Of a stretch of 64,000 nt of DNA, positions 10,081 through 19,928 are shown piece after piece. Each line of letters begins with the position of its first letter. Within the stretch, counting starts at the first letter, position 1. A program made the position numbers and the translations under genes. The DNA is from an uncultured Bdellovibrionales bacterium. Its GTDB lineage: Bacteria > Patescibacteriota > Minisyncoccia > Moranbacterales > UBA2206. The DNA is taken from assembly GCA_964387895.1 (NCBI GenBank), contig CAYLWX010000004.1:5303-69302 (forward strand). Direction: 5' to 3'. The notes under the pieces are model-generated. The model ran no database searches and was not told the DNA's origin. It saw only the letters and a program-made list of their open reading frames with translations.

Positions 10081-11854
10081 TTTTTTGAATCTTAATAAAT
10101 AGTATATCGCCTAATCCCAAAAGATCGGTAATAAGGTCATAAGGGTAAGCAAAAACAACCAAAAAAAGGTTATTAGCGAGACGGAATTTCTTCTTTTTTG
10201 TTAAACTATTGATAAAATTGGAAATACTACACACAAGCCCGGCAGTGGACGAATGTTTGTATTCCAGCATTTTAAAACCATTATTTTTCAAAAGCAATTT
10301 TAATGAGTCCAAAGAATAATTAATTAAATGTCGAGGTACATCGTACCCTATCCAATATTTTCCAAAAATATACGCGTTCAAGCTACGGACATTAGGAATA
10401 GCCATATATATAGTGCCATCTTCTGACAAGAGGCTATTAAGCTTTCGCATGCTTTCATTGGGATTGGGCAGATGTTCTAAAACATGCCACAATCTAATAG
10501 CATCAAACTTTTTTTCAGTAGCATAGTTTTCCAATGTGCTACAGGTCACATTTAAATTTTCCGCCCTTGCGGCCGCAACTGCCCGAGGATCAATCTCGAT
10601 GCCATAGGTGTCCCATCCATATTCATTGAGTATTCTAAGATTAACAGAATCCCCGCATCCAACATCTAAAAAAGTTCCGCCGCTTTTTCTATAAACAGGC
10701 AAGATATCACTAAACTTTTTCCCAACAAATATAAGTATAACTTTCCAAAAGAACGAGAAATTATTCATTCCGTCAAAATTTACCCGAATAGTATTTTCTC
10801 TTAAATGGTCAAAAAAACTTTTTTTCCTTTTTACTCGATAAGAATAGTAGTCATTCGGATAAAACGTGCCTATTTTCTCATTGGCAGGCATAGGATACTG
10901 AAAGATAGTGCCGCAACTCAAGCATTTCCATAAAAAAAACTTCCCGGGTACCAACTTTTCATAAAAATCTCTCCCAGAAAACTTGAAATCACTATCATTC
11001 TTTCCACATACCGGACAAATAGCTTTTCCTTCTTGCTTGTTTATGACCGTATTACCCTTTTGCGCAATTACTATAGTGAAATAACCATACTTTTTAGGCC
11101 AATAAAAGAACAATGCTCTTTCCAATAATATAATCACATAATGAAAAAACATCCTTCCCATTCCATAATTGGCAGAAGATATTTTTTGTTCATATGTTGA
11201 GACCGTTCGTTTTCCCAGAAGAATTTTTATAATCGCCGCAACTTTTTTAAAACTAAACTGCGGGCGTGATTTAATGGTAAGAACCTTGAAATTTTTCTTT
11301 TTAAGAACTTCAATTACGTACTTATTTTGCACCAAAATGGGATGGAAATCATCGAGAGGTTTTTTATAACCCAGTTTCGCGAAAAAGATGGATAAAGGAG
11401 AGGTGTTTTCATATTCTAGATAAAGCATACCGCCTGGCTTGAGACAGCGAGTCATTTCTTCCAGAGCTTTGAGATAATCATCCATGTGGTCAATAGCGTT
11501 CACGCACGTAACAGCATCAAATGCATTATCCATAAAATCAAGACATTCTGCTTTTGAGGTAACATATTCAATATGAGAAAGTCTTTTGTATTTTCCAACA
11601 TATTTATCATTAAGAGGATCAACAGCAACCATTCGTTTGCATGCCGGAAATAAATGCAAAACCGATACCGGTCCACTTCCCACATCAAGTACGGAACTTT
11701 CTGGACCGAGTTTTTTACTAATTAGTTTAAAATCTTCTGTTCTGGTTTTCCAATTATCCATTAGATAATTGTAAGTCATATCCGTCGCCAGCCAGGATCC
11801 CATTTCCATTTGTTGTGCGTGCTCCCACTTATTTTTGGCATTCATAATTTTCAA
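10070..11854 (-). CDS. Tandem dual-domain class I SAM-dependent methyltransferase with a central Cys4 zinc-ribbon
   Basis: 594 aa. Methyltransferase motif I LDVGSGPVSV sits near the N-terminus. A second motif I, FLDVGCGDSVNL, sits in the C-terminal half. Between them is CPVCGKN...CLSCGT (CxxC...CxxC). Confidence 0.7.
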   Translation of the reverse strand: MKIMNAKNKWEHAQQMEMGSWLATDMTYNYLMDNWKTRTEDFKLISKKLGPESSVLDVGSGPVSVLHLFPACKRMVAVDPLNDKYVGKYKRLSHIEYVTSKAECLDFMDNAFDAVTCVNAIDHMDDYLKALEEMTRCLKPGGMLYLEYENTSPLSIFFAKLGYKKPLDDFHPILVQNKYVIEVLKKKNFKVLTIKSRPQFSFKKVAAIIKILLGKRTVSTYEQKISSANYGMGRMFFHYVIILLERALFFYWPKKYGYFTIVIAQKGNTVINKQEGKAICPVCGKNDSDFKFSGRDFYEKLVPGKFFLWKCLSCGTIFQYPMPANEKIGTFYPNDYYSYRVKRKKSFFDHLRENTIRVNFDGMNNFSFFWKVILIFVGKKFSDILPVYRKSGGTFLDVGCGDSVNLRILNEYGWDTYGIEIDPRAVAAARAENLNVTCSTLENYATEKKFDAIRLWHVLEHLPNPNESMRKLNSLLSEDGTIYMAIPNVRSLNAYIFGKYWIGYDVPRHLINYSLDSLKLLLKNNGFKMLEYKHSSTAGLVCSISNFINSLTKKKKFRLANNLFLVVFAYPYDLITDLLGLGDILFIKIQKNDQ

Positions 11855-11875
11855 AAATAGTTAGTTATTTCGGTG

Positions 11876-12898
11876 TTAATCAGTATAATTTTCCAAACCT
11901 CTTAAAAGATAAAAGTAGTAGGATGGCCTCGGATTTCTTTTTATCTTTTGAAACATTTCCTGATCAGTTCTTTTTCTTATTCTTTTTTGAATTTTTTTTC
12001 TCTTAGCCATTGTTTCACTGAAATGTAACATATTCCACCAAACCGCTCGGTATACCACTAAAAAGTCTTGCATATCAAACTTTACGATGAATGCCAAGCT
12101 CCATGTGAAACTAAAGAGAAAGTATACAGGCAATATCCTGATCATCTCCATTGGACCGAGATTTTTAAGATAACTGCAGAGCCTGTTTTTAAAAGAATGG
12201 AATTGAATCACGCTCTGCGGCTTTCTGTTGCTCGTGCCGCCCATAAAATGATAAATATATGACTTTGGATAATACCAACATTCATAGCCGGCAAGCCATA
12301 CCCGGTGGCAAAAATCAGTTTCCTCAAAGTAGCACCAAAAATCAGAATCAAACAGCCCTGTTTTTTCAACAACTTTTCGAGGAATCATCATGCACATCCC
12401 TTTTATACCATAGACAGGAAAACTATTATTATATATTGGCAGAGAGGCTTTTTTGTAAATTCCATAATGATAGTTAAATCCAGTATTGGTCCAGAATGAA
12501 CCACAGGCGTCTAAATTTTCTTTTTTATTCATCAATCTTACCATTGGCTGTACTGCTCCTAGATTGGAAATTTCATCAAAGGCGTGGAGCATTTTCTCAA
12601 TCAAGTCTTCCTTGAGAATAGTATCGTTATTAATAATAAGGATAAACTCCCCTTTTGAGTTTCTGTAACCGATATTATTTCCTTCCGCGTATCCGGAATT
12701 ATCCTTATGTTCAATAATTTTGACCCGAGGATAGTTATGTTTGACGTATGTCACGCTGTCGTCCGCCGAATTATTATCAACAAAGATTGTTTCAAAATTG
12801 CTGTATGTCTGTTTAAAAAGAGAGCTAAAGAAATCGGGAATAAATCTTCTTCCGTTATAATTCACGATAATTACTGATACAAGCGGCTTTCTCTCCAT
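11876..12898 (-). CDS. Family 2 glycosyltransferase
   Basis: 340 aa, starting PLVSVIIVNYNGRRFIPDFFSSLFKQTYSNFETIFVDNNSADDS. This is the canonical GT2 N-terminus with a DxD-containing fold. Confidence 0.75.
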   Translation of the reverse strand: MERKPLVSVIIVNYNGRRFIPDFFSSLFKQTYSNFETIFVDNNSADDSVTYVKHNYPRVKIIEHKDNSGYAEGNNIGYRNSKGEFILIINNDTILKEDLIEKMLHAFDEISNLGAVQPMVRLMNKKENLDACGSFWTNTGFNYHYGIYKKASLPIYNNSFPVYGIKGMCMMIPRKVVEKTGLFDSDFWCYFEETDFCHRVWLAGYECWYYPKSYIYHFMGGTSNRKPQSVIQFHSFKNRLCSYLKNLGPMEMIRILPVYFLFSFTWSLAFIVKFDMQDFLVVYRAVWWNMLHFSETMAKRKKIQKRIRKRTDQEMFQKIKRNPRPSYYFYLLRGLENYTD

Positions 12899-12907
12899 AG
12901 TATTTTT

Positions 12908-13792
12908 TTACTTTTTTTTGTAGATGTTGCGATGGAACAGCGCCGACACTTTTTTTATATCAAGCATACCAAACACAAGTCCCGTGCTCGCTGACGCGTA
13001 CTGAACAAATTTAAATATAACAAAACCAAATGCCAATATTGGATGTTTAAGCAACATCATAAAATTTTTAAAATAAGCTTTTCTTACTGGAAAAAGCTGC
13101 TTAACCGCGTATCCCTTTTGTCTTTTGATATACTCCCAGCTGTTCATTCCATAATAAAAGCTTTTTAAAAAAACTTCCTTAATAGAATCAATTTCGTCAA
13201 TGTGAAGCTCCGTGGCAGTGATACGTCCGGTTTTGTATCCGGCTTTATTTAATCTTCTTTGCATATCGTAATCGTCCGCGTTAATGATGAGAGTAGTATC
13301 AAATCCTCCTAACGCTAAAAATACCTCTCGCTTAAAAAAACGCGCTGATTCAATAAAATCGTCCCCTATATACATATCCCTCTCCAACCCTTTCACCTTT
13401 GACCAGAAATTATTCGTTCTTGACTTCACGGAAGCATAGACCGCGTCGTAATTTTTTTCTTCGCAACAACGCACACATTGTTCAATATAATCTTTGTCCA
13501 GCACCATATCGCAACCAGTGATAAAAACATATTTTCCTCTGGACATTTGTACCCCATAATTGTCCTGCGCCGCTCGTTCTGGTCCCTTTTGATATACAGT
13601 CACTCCCATGCTTTTGGCAATTTCCACTGTTTTATCCGTGCTGAAATTATCCACCACAATAATTTCAATGTTGGGATAAGTTTGGCTATGTATTGACTTT
13701 ATATTTTCCGCGATATATTTTTCCCCGTTGAGCACGGGGGTAATAGTAGAAACCAACGGTTGTTGTTTTTGATCAGTCATATTCTGAAACAA
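12908..13792 (-). CDS. Family 2 glycosyltransferase
   Basis: 294 aa. The GT2 signature is VSTITPVLNGEKYIAENIKSIHSQTYPNIEIIVVDNFSTDKT, with GCDMVLD as the DxD-like motif. Confidence 0.75.
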   Translation of the reverse strand: MFQNMTDQKQQPLVSTITPVLNGEKYIAENIKSIHSQTYPNIEIIVVDNFSTDKTVEIAKSMGVTVYQKGPERAAQDNYGVQMSRGKYVFITGCDMVLDKDYIEQCVRCCEEKNYDAVYASVKSRTNNFWSKVKGLERDMYIGDDFIESARFFKREVFLALGGFDTTLIINADDYDMQRRLNKAGYKTGRITATELHIDEIDSIKEVFLKSFYYGMNSWEYIKRQKGYAVKQLFPVRKAYFKNFMMLLKHPILAFGFVIFKFVQYASASTGLVFGMLDIKKVSALFHRNIYKKK

Positions 13793-13795
13793 GGG

Positions 13796-14593
13796 CTAAG
13801 AATTAGAAATTTTTTCATTCAACCTCTTAAATATTATATGTGGTAACTCTTTTGGGGTGTCAACTCCAGCTCGTTCCGCTAAATAGTCTTCAATAAGATG
13901 ACCTACTTCACGTTGGGCTTGAAAAAAAGTACGCCCACCCCATAAAACTCTACCTTTCTCGTTATATGGATAACGTGTCACGGCAACCAAATCCAAATAA
14001 TCCATTCGCTCATCAAGAGTTACAATTGTAGTGCCTCGAGTAATATCATCAATATAGTGCATAACCATTTCGGTAATCTGAAGATTTGGTTTAAGTTTGA
14101 CCACATTTCCCTCTTCAATAATAGCAAAATAGGGAAGAGAGGTATGAGCCACTTTTTTAGTAAGAGACACCACATCCTTCGAAACGCCATGCTCTAGCAG
14201 TCGTTTTTCTGATTCACTATAAGCCGCCTCAATTTTTTCAGGATCAGTGACACCTTTAGTAGATTCAATCTCAAATTTCTTTCCGGCATCGTGAACAAGT
14301 GTAGCGATAACGAGCTTCTCTTTCTCCTCAGGAGCCAGTTTGAGCATATCAGCTAACTCTTCTGCGGCAGCCGCTTCCACCAAGCAATGTTCTGTCGGAT
14401 CCCCCCAACGCTTGCTCTTCTCAAACAGCTCACCACGAGAATTCGTAACTTTGGTTACCCCAAATTCAGACCGACGCTGTGTCTGTCCAGCCACCTGATG
14501 TATCTTATAATATTGCTTATATTTTAGAGCTAACTTCACAAAAAAATTTCTTCTTTTTGTCTCAAACATTGCTAATGGTAATTCTGGATGCAT
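13796..14593 (-). CDS. HD-domain phosphohydrolase (putative)
   Basis: 265 aa containing ATLVHDAGK (the HDxGK signature of HD metal-dependent phosphohydrolases) and an upstream His. It is the first gene of the nucleotide-sugar operon. Confidence 0.45.
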   Translation of the reverse strand: MHPELPLAMFETKRRNFFVKLALKYKQYYKIHQVAGQTQRRSEFGVTKVTNSRGELFEKSKRWGDPTEHCLVEAAAAEELADMLKLAPEEKEKLVIATLVHDAGKKFEIESTKGVTDPEKIEAAYSESEKRLLEHGVSKDVVSLTKKVAHTSLPYFAIIEEGNVVKLKPNLQITEMVMHYIDDITRGTTIVTLDERMDYLDLVAVTRYPYNEKGRVLWGGRTFFQAQREVGHLIEDYLAERAGVDTPKELPHIIFKRLNEKISNS

Positions 14594-14631
14594 ATTCTTT
14601 TTTTAGTCTGGAAATTAGACTACTAGGAATT

Positions 14632-15192
14632 TCAAATTATATATGTCTTGACTCCCGCTTTTTCTCCCGAAAGACGATCATCCTCTGAATTACCAATATA
14701 CACAATCTCACTAGCATTCATCTTCCATTCCCGCATTATCTTCTCTAAATCTTTCTCTGTCGGTTTTGGCTCAATACAATTATCTTTTGCGACTATAACG
14801 TCTAACTTTCGTATAATATTTTTTCCAATAAAATTGTCCACGCACTTCTTTGTATTCATCGAATAAACGGCAATCTTTTTATCTCGAAGAGAGTTAACAT
14901 ACTCTATTAAATCATAATTCAGTTTATACCTTTCTTCCTGCAGCTCAAATTCGGCAATAATATCAAGAAGCTTAAAAAAAAAGGTTCTTCCAAATTTTTC
15001 TCTGGCTTGATGAATTTTTTGATCCAAGGGAGTGTATTCGATTTCCTCCACTTTTTCTTTTTTTGTGAAATCAGAAAGAGTTTTTTTTAATGTTATCCAA
15101 TCAACATTCAAATCAACCAACGTTCCATCTAGATCAAAAACTATTCCCTTATAGCTTGCTATATCCTCTGCTAAATTTCGATACTTGTCCAT
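14632..15192 (-). CDS. HAD-superfamily hydrolase/phosphatase
   Basis: 186 aa. Motif I is IVFDLDGTLVD (DxDGT); motif IV is a C-terminal GNSEDD. Confidence 0.7.
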   Translation of the reverse strand: MDKYRNLAEDIASYKGIVFDLDGTLVDLNVDWITLKKTLSDFTKKEKVEEIEYTPLDQKIHQAREKFGRTFFFKLLDIIAEFELQEERYKLNYDLIEYVNSLRDKKIAVYSMNTKKCVDNFIGKNIIRKLDVIVAKDNCIEPKPTEKDLEKIMREWKMNASEIVYIGNSEDDRLSGEKAGVKTYII

Positions 15193-16244
15193 TGCTCTCC
15201 TTTTACCAACTTATACCCCATATCCATTAACCGGATCCAGTACCAGCCTGCCGGGATACCATTATATTGCGGCAGTTCTGGCAAAGATTCTCGTCCGTCT
15301 AAAGCCATCTTCACGTAGTAATATGGCATGTTGAGACCAGCCGTACTAAAATTATTGCTTGTAGTGAAAAACCTTCCCGCGTTAATCTCAAGCAAGCACG
15401 GGACCCCATCCTTGTTTTCTTTAATGTCGGCGCAAAATATACCTGTAGCGGAAGGGTCAACCAGCTTAATTACCTTGGTAACTAATTCATTTATGTCATC
15501 GCGATGCACTGTTTTGGCAACAGATGGGGATGAAGACTGTCCGGAAGGAAATAAGTTGCCAAAAAGGTATTCTTCCCGTTTTCTTACCATAGAAGTAACC
15601 AATTCGCCTTTATACCAAATACTTTGAAAAGCATATTCTCCACCAGGCAGAAACTCGCTGATCATAAAATCAGATATTTTTAAACCCTTCATTTTTGTCC
15701 AATAATCTATCCAGCCATTCGCTTGTAGAATGGTACTGACCGGCAAACTTGCTTTTGAGCCAGCGCCACGAGTAGCACGCAACCAAACCCTGTCCTGAAA
15801 ACGAAGCAGATCATCAAGAGCCGATTGAATATCTGATTCGCTATTTATGTGGTAGGCTTTCGGAACATTAAGACCATTTTTCTGAAGCAAGCGATTAAAT
15901 TCTGCTTTATTGGTAGTAATGGCAAGGGTTTCAGGCGTAGGAAATAAGGTCCTGGCATTCACTTTATCTCTATTTCTCGAAATAATATAAACTTCCTGCT
16001 CTGGTTGCGAGTGAACGAAATCTATCTTTTCTCTTTTTATAATCTCATTAAGCTTATCTATATAATCCGGGGAGTCCGCCACCGGAAGGATATACTTCAC
16101 ATTCAAACCTTCCGTAAGTTCAATGTGATATTTGCTTATGTCCGCACCGACAATATATAAATCTTCTTCTTTTACAAGACGAAGAGAAGCAACAAAGTTG
16201 GCTCCAGGCGCCCCCCCCGCTCCGGTAACTAAAATTCTTTTCAT
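15171..16244 (-). CDS. ATP-grasp domain protein (carboxylate-amine ligase-like)
   Basis: 357 aa. N-terminal Rossmann-like ILVTGAGGAPG, a central ATP-grasp region and a C-terminal LLEINAGR motif typical of ATP-grasp Mg-binding loops. Confidence 0.5.
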   Translation of the reverse strand: MKRILVTGAGGAPGANFVASLRLVKEEDLYIVGADISKYHIELTEGLNVKYILPVADSPDYIDKLNEIIKREKIDFVHSQPEQEVYIISRNRDKVNARTLFPTPETLAITTNKAEFNRLLQKNGLNVPKAYHINSESDIQSALDDLLRFQDRVWLRATRGAGSKASLPVSTILQANGWIDYWTKMKGLKISDFMISEFLPGGEYAFQSIWYKGELVTSMVRKREEYLFGNLFPSGQSSSPSVAKTVHRDDINELVTKVIKLVDPSATGIFCADIKENKDGVPCLLEINAGRFFTTSNNFSTAGLNMPYYYVKMALDGRESLPELPQYNGIPAGWYWIRLMDMGYKLVKGEQWTSIEI

Positions 16245-16274
16245 ATATGAAATATTAAAAAAATTATTGATATT

Positions 16275-16658
16275 TCAAATCACCTTATGCGGATATGTAT
16301 CCGGGTCTTTTTGATTATGCACCTCGTTTACTAAAGCCAGAAGTATAAGCTCATTCTTTCCGACATTCTTAAAGGCATGTGATTTATTTGGTTGCATATT
16401 TATAATAATATTTTGACTTGCTTTAACCAGTTTCGCTTCTTTTTTTCCTGTTTTCACATCCTTAACAACCAAACGACATTCACCCTGAATAACATAAAAC
16501 CATTCCGACTTTCTTAAGTGATAGTGATTGCCTCGAATTACTCCCGGTTTTGATTTGGAAACAAAAAAATGCTTCGCTTCTTTAAATATTTCCGCGTGTG
16601 TATTTTCAACCAAAGAACCCCTGTCGTCGCTATACTGTTTTAATTTTATGATTTTCAT
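16275..16658 (-). CDS. Cupin-fold sugar 3,4-ketoisomerase-like (FdtA/WxcM-like)
   Basis: 127 aa. DDRGSL...RGNHYH...VIQGECRLVV matches the RmlC-like cupin pattern of TDP/UDP-4-keto-6-deoxy sugar 3,4-isomerases. Confidence 0.55.
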   Translation of the reverse strand: MKIIKLKQYSDDRGSLVENTHAEIFKEAKHFFVSKSKPGVIRGNHYHLRKSEWFYVIQGECRLVVKDVKTGKKEAKLVKASQNIIINMQPNKSHAFKNVGKNELILLALVNEVHNQKDPDTYPHKVI

Positions 16659-16665
16659 AAACCTT

Positions 16666-17730
16666 TCAAATAAAATCCAGTGAATTACAGATATTCGCAG
16701 TAAAATTTTTTAAACAATTTTCTAACTCTTTTTGAGTCATATAATTTTGTTCTTGATGGGAACTAAAGTGGCTCATTTTTGGTATTTTTTCTCCTCGAGT
16801 AGTAAGTACATTTTCGCGTAAATCTGCGACACTGTAGGGAGTAATGATATAATGATCACCCTTCGCTTTTACTCGATATAATTCATCTTCTGTTATTAAG
16901 TGCTCATGAATTTTTTCACCAACTCGCGTACCTATGTTATGTATAGGATAGTCACCCTTTTTTCCCAGCACCTTTAAGAAAGATTTTATGATGCTAACGA
17001 TTTTGACTGATTTCATTTTTCTTATCACTATTTCTCCATCCTCTCCATTCATCGCCGCCCAAAATATAAGATCGACTGCCTCGGCTTTAGACATAAAAAA
17101 TCTCGTCATATTAGGATCAGTAACCGTTAGGGGAATGCCATTGACAATCTGGTGATAAAAGATTGGAAACAAGCTACCATGTGTTCCAATAACATTACCA
17201 AATCTTACGTTTACAAAACGATGATTAATGTTCCCTATATGACCACCATGAGAAATAATAATTTTTTCCTGAATAGCTTTAGTTAATCCCATTACATTTG
17301 ATGGATTAACCGCCTTATCAGTTCCTACTGAAACAACACGGGAAATATTATTTAGGATAGCCGCTTTCACAATATTAAGACTGCCTATAATATTAGTTTT
17401 GATAAATTCCTCGGGCATCTCTTCTGAAACTGGCACGTGTTTAAGAGCCGCACAGTGAAATAATATATCAACGCCGTTAGAAACCGACACAACCTTCTCT
17501 AAATCCCTAACATCACCTATGACATAAGAGATATTATCGTGTTTGGAATATTTGTACCGGAGTTGGTGCTGTTTATATTCATCTCTGCTAAAAACAATTA
17601 TTTTTTTTGCACGTAAAGAAACTAATGCTTTTAGAACCTCGGAACCAATACTCCCTGTCCCTCCCGTGATTAATATTGTCTTATCTTCGAAGAAGGTCTT
17701 TTTACTTTGCATATTCTTGGATCTTATCAA
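16666..17730 (-). CDS. UDP-sugar 4,6-dehydratase of the CapD/PseB/FlaA1 family
   Basis: 354 aa. KTILITGGTGSIGSEV is the extended-SDR Rossmann motif; downstream YxxxK context and C-terminal extension are typical of Polysacc_synt_2 enzymes. It overlaps the aminotransferase gene. Confidence 0.8.
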   Translation of the reverse strand: MIRSKNMQSKKTFFEDKTILITGGTGSIGSEVLKALVSLRAKKIIVFSRDEYKQHQLRYKYSKHDNISYVIGDVRDLEKVVSVSNGVDILFHCAALKHVPVSEEMPEEFIKTNIIGSLNIVKAAILNNISRVVSVGTDKAVNPSNVMGLTKAIQEKIIISHGGHIGNINHRFVNVRFGNVIGTHGSLFPIFYHQIVNGIPLTVTDPNMTRFFMSKAEAVDLIFWAAMNGEDGEIVIRKMKSVKIVSIIKSFLKVLGKKGDYPIHNIGTRVGEKIHEHLITEDELYRVKAKGDHYIITPYSVADLRENVLTTRGEKIPKMSHFSSHQEQNYMTQKELENCLKNFTANICNSLDFI

Positions 17731-18805
17731 TTATAAAACCGATTTCTTTTTCCGTTAGACTTGGATGTACAGGCAAAGACAAAACTTGTTTGGCAAGTCT
17801 CTCGGCAACAGGAAAATCTCCTTCTTTATATCCGAGTTTAGTAAAATGAGGATGCATATGCAAAGGTTTGGGATAATATATAGTTGACCCAATATCGTGA
17901 CTTTTCAAAAAATCCATGAGTTTTTCGCGTGAAGACTTAAACTCTTCGGTAATTCTGATTGTATATTGATGAAAGACGTGTCGCTTTTTTTCCATCACTT
18001 TCGGTAAAATCAAACCTTTTATTCCTGCTAGTCCATGAGTGAGTATTTCCGCGTTAGATCGTCTCTTTTCATTTAGCTCATCAACCTTTTTTAGTTGTAC
18101 TAATCCAATAGCGGCGCTTATATCAGTCATTCGATAATTGTAACCAATATCCCAATACTCATAACGTGTTTTTTCTGACTGGCCATGATGCCTAAACCGC
18201 CTGCTTTTTTCCATTATTTCCTCATCATTAGTAGTAATCATGCCTCCTTCTCCACTCATAATATTTTTTGTGGCATACAAAGAAAAAGCACTAATATCGC
18301 CAAAATTTCCAGCTTTTACGCCTTTGTATTCCGCGCCTATGGCCTGACAAGCATCCTCGAGAATCATTAGGTTATTCTTTTCAGCCAACTTTTTAAAAGA
18401 CTCGTAGTCATACACTTGGCCATACAGATCAACAGGCAAAATAGCCTTTGTCTTGCCGGTAATTTTCATCTCTGCTTCTTTCGGGTCGAGATTAAAATCT
18501 TCTTCAGAAATATCAGCAAAAACAACTGTGGCGTTTTGCATAAGAATAGGATTAGCGCTCGCTACAAAAGTAAACGGCGAGGTGATAACCTCATCACCGC
18601 GAGAAATTCCTAAAGCATAAAGACCGGCATGAATAGCCGCTGTTCCGCTATTAAAAGCTACCGCGTATTTGGAGCCGCAATACTTTGCAAATTTTTCTTC
18701 AAACTTCGAGGTCTCCGGCCCTTGAGCGATTATTCCTGATTTCATCACCGCAATAACCGCTTCAATCTCTTCTTTTTCAATAATGGGCTTTGAAACATTG
18801 ATCAT
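17702..18805 (-). CDS. DegT/DnrJ/EryC1/StrS-family PLP-dependent sugar aminotransferase
   Basis: 367 aa containing KPIIEKEEIEAVIAVMKSGIIAQGPETSKFEEKFAKYCG...AFNSGTAAIHAGLYALGI and a conserved Lys region. This is the characteristic sugar-aminotransferase N-terminus. Confidence 0.85.
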   Translation of the reverse strand: MINVSKPIIEKEEIEAVIAVMKSGIIAQGPETSKFEEKFAKYCGSKYAVAFNSGTAAIHAGLYALGISRGDEVITSPFTFVASANPILMQNATVVFADISEEDFNLDPKEAEMKITGKTKAILPVDLYGQVYDYESFKKLAEKNNLMILEDACQAIGAEYKGVKAGNFGDISAFSLYATKNIMSGEGGMITTNDEEIMEKSRRFRHHGQSEKTRYEYWDIGYNYRMTDISAAIGLVQLKKVDELNEKRRSNAEILTHGLAGIKGLILPKVMEKKRHVFHQYTIRITEEFKSSREKLMDFLKSHDIGSTIYYPKPLHMHPHFTKLGYKEGDFPVAERLAKQVLSLPVHPSLTEKEIGFIIDKIQEYAK

Positions 18806-18842
18806 AAAAAAATATTTTGAGTTTTTTATTTCAAAAAAAATA

Positions 18843-19919
18843 TTAATTAAGAATATTTTTCAGTTCCTTTTCGTTTTCTTTGATCCATTCGTATATTTCA
18901 GTAAAAGTCTGCTTTGCATTTTTCTGGCATTTCCACCCGGAGATTGTGTGAAATTTTTTAGAATCAGAAATATAAATCCGCACATCGTTCGGTCGGTTTT
19001 CATTAACATGCTCTATTTTTATTTTATTGCCCGTGATTTCTTCGCATAAACAAGTCATCTCAAGAAGAGAAAGACTGTTTTCAACACCACCTCCAATATT
19101 ATATACTTCACCATGATACTTATCAATTTCTTCAATTTGAATTTTCAAAGCCTTAAAAAGATCATCAACATGCATAAAATCCCGAACCTGTTTTCCTTCT
19201 CCTCCATAGCCGATATAGGACAGTGCCTTATTATTCCAAAAATGTCTCGCTATCCATAACACTATAACACCCTGATCAATTTTTCCCATTTGCCATGGTC
19301 CAGTTATCACGCCACAACGATTGATGACACCCTTCAAACCATAGGTATCCATATATTCTTGAAAGATAAGTTCCGAGCATAACTTTGTCGCCCCATACAG
19401 AGAGCGAGCTTTTCCTAAGGGAAAGTCCTCACTTACTCCTTGAGCAGAAGCTCCTTGCGTTTCCTGAGAGACTTCCAGCTCAAATCTCGAATCAGTTTCT
19501 CTAAATTTCAGTGAATTGAGTTCCTGGATAGGATATACGCGGCTTGTTGAAAAAAAAATAACTGCCGCAGCATGTTTACGCGCTAGCTCAAGACAATTGA
19601 TCGTGCCTGTAAGATTGGTATCAATAAGATACTCAGGCGACCCACCTACTCCTGCCAAAACAGAAGGCTCTGCGGAACATTCTAACAGCAGGTCTATTTT
19701 CTTGTCTATATCCGCTAGATCACTTTTATTACGGATATCTCCATGAATAAATTCTATTCCTTTATCCCTGAGTCTTGGAATATTTAATTCTGATCCTCGT
19801 CTCTTTAAATTATCAAAAGCTAAAATACTTGCTTCGGGATAAGCCTCTTTTAATTTAATGCCTAGATTCGATCCAACAAATCCAGCACCTCCGGTAATTA
19901 AGATATTTTGATAATGCAT
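18843..19919 (-). CDS. NAD-dependent epimerase/dehydratase (extended SDR)
   Basis: 358 aa. ILITGGAGFVGSNLG glycine-rich NAD motif, plus the catalytic YxxxK pattern (YGATK). Confidence 0.75.
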   Translation of the reverse strand: MHYQNILITGGAGFVGSNLGIKLKEAYPEASILAFDNLKRRGSELNIPRLRDKGIEFIHGDIRNKSDLADIDKKIDLLLECSAEPSVLAGVGGSPEYLIDTNLTGTINCLELARKHAAAVIFFSTSRVYPIQELNSLKFRETDSRFELEVSQETQGASAQGVSEDFPLGKARSLYGATKLCSELIFQEYMDTYGLKGVINRCGVITGPWQMGKIDQGVIVLWIARHFWNNKALSYIGYGGEGKQVRDFMHVDDLFKALKIQIEEIDKYHGEVYNIGGGVENSLSLLEMTCLCEEITGNKIKIEHVNENRPNDVRIYISDSKKFHTISGWKCQKNAKQTFTEIYEWIKENEKELKNILN

Positions 19920-19928
19920 TATTTCTGC

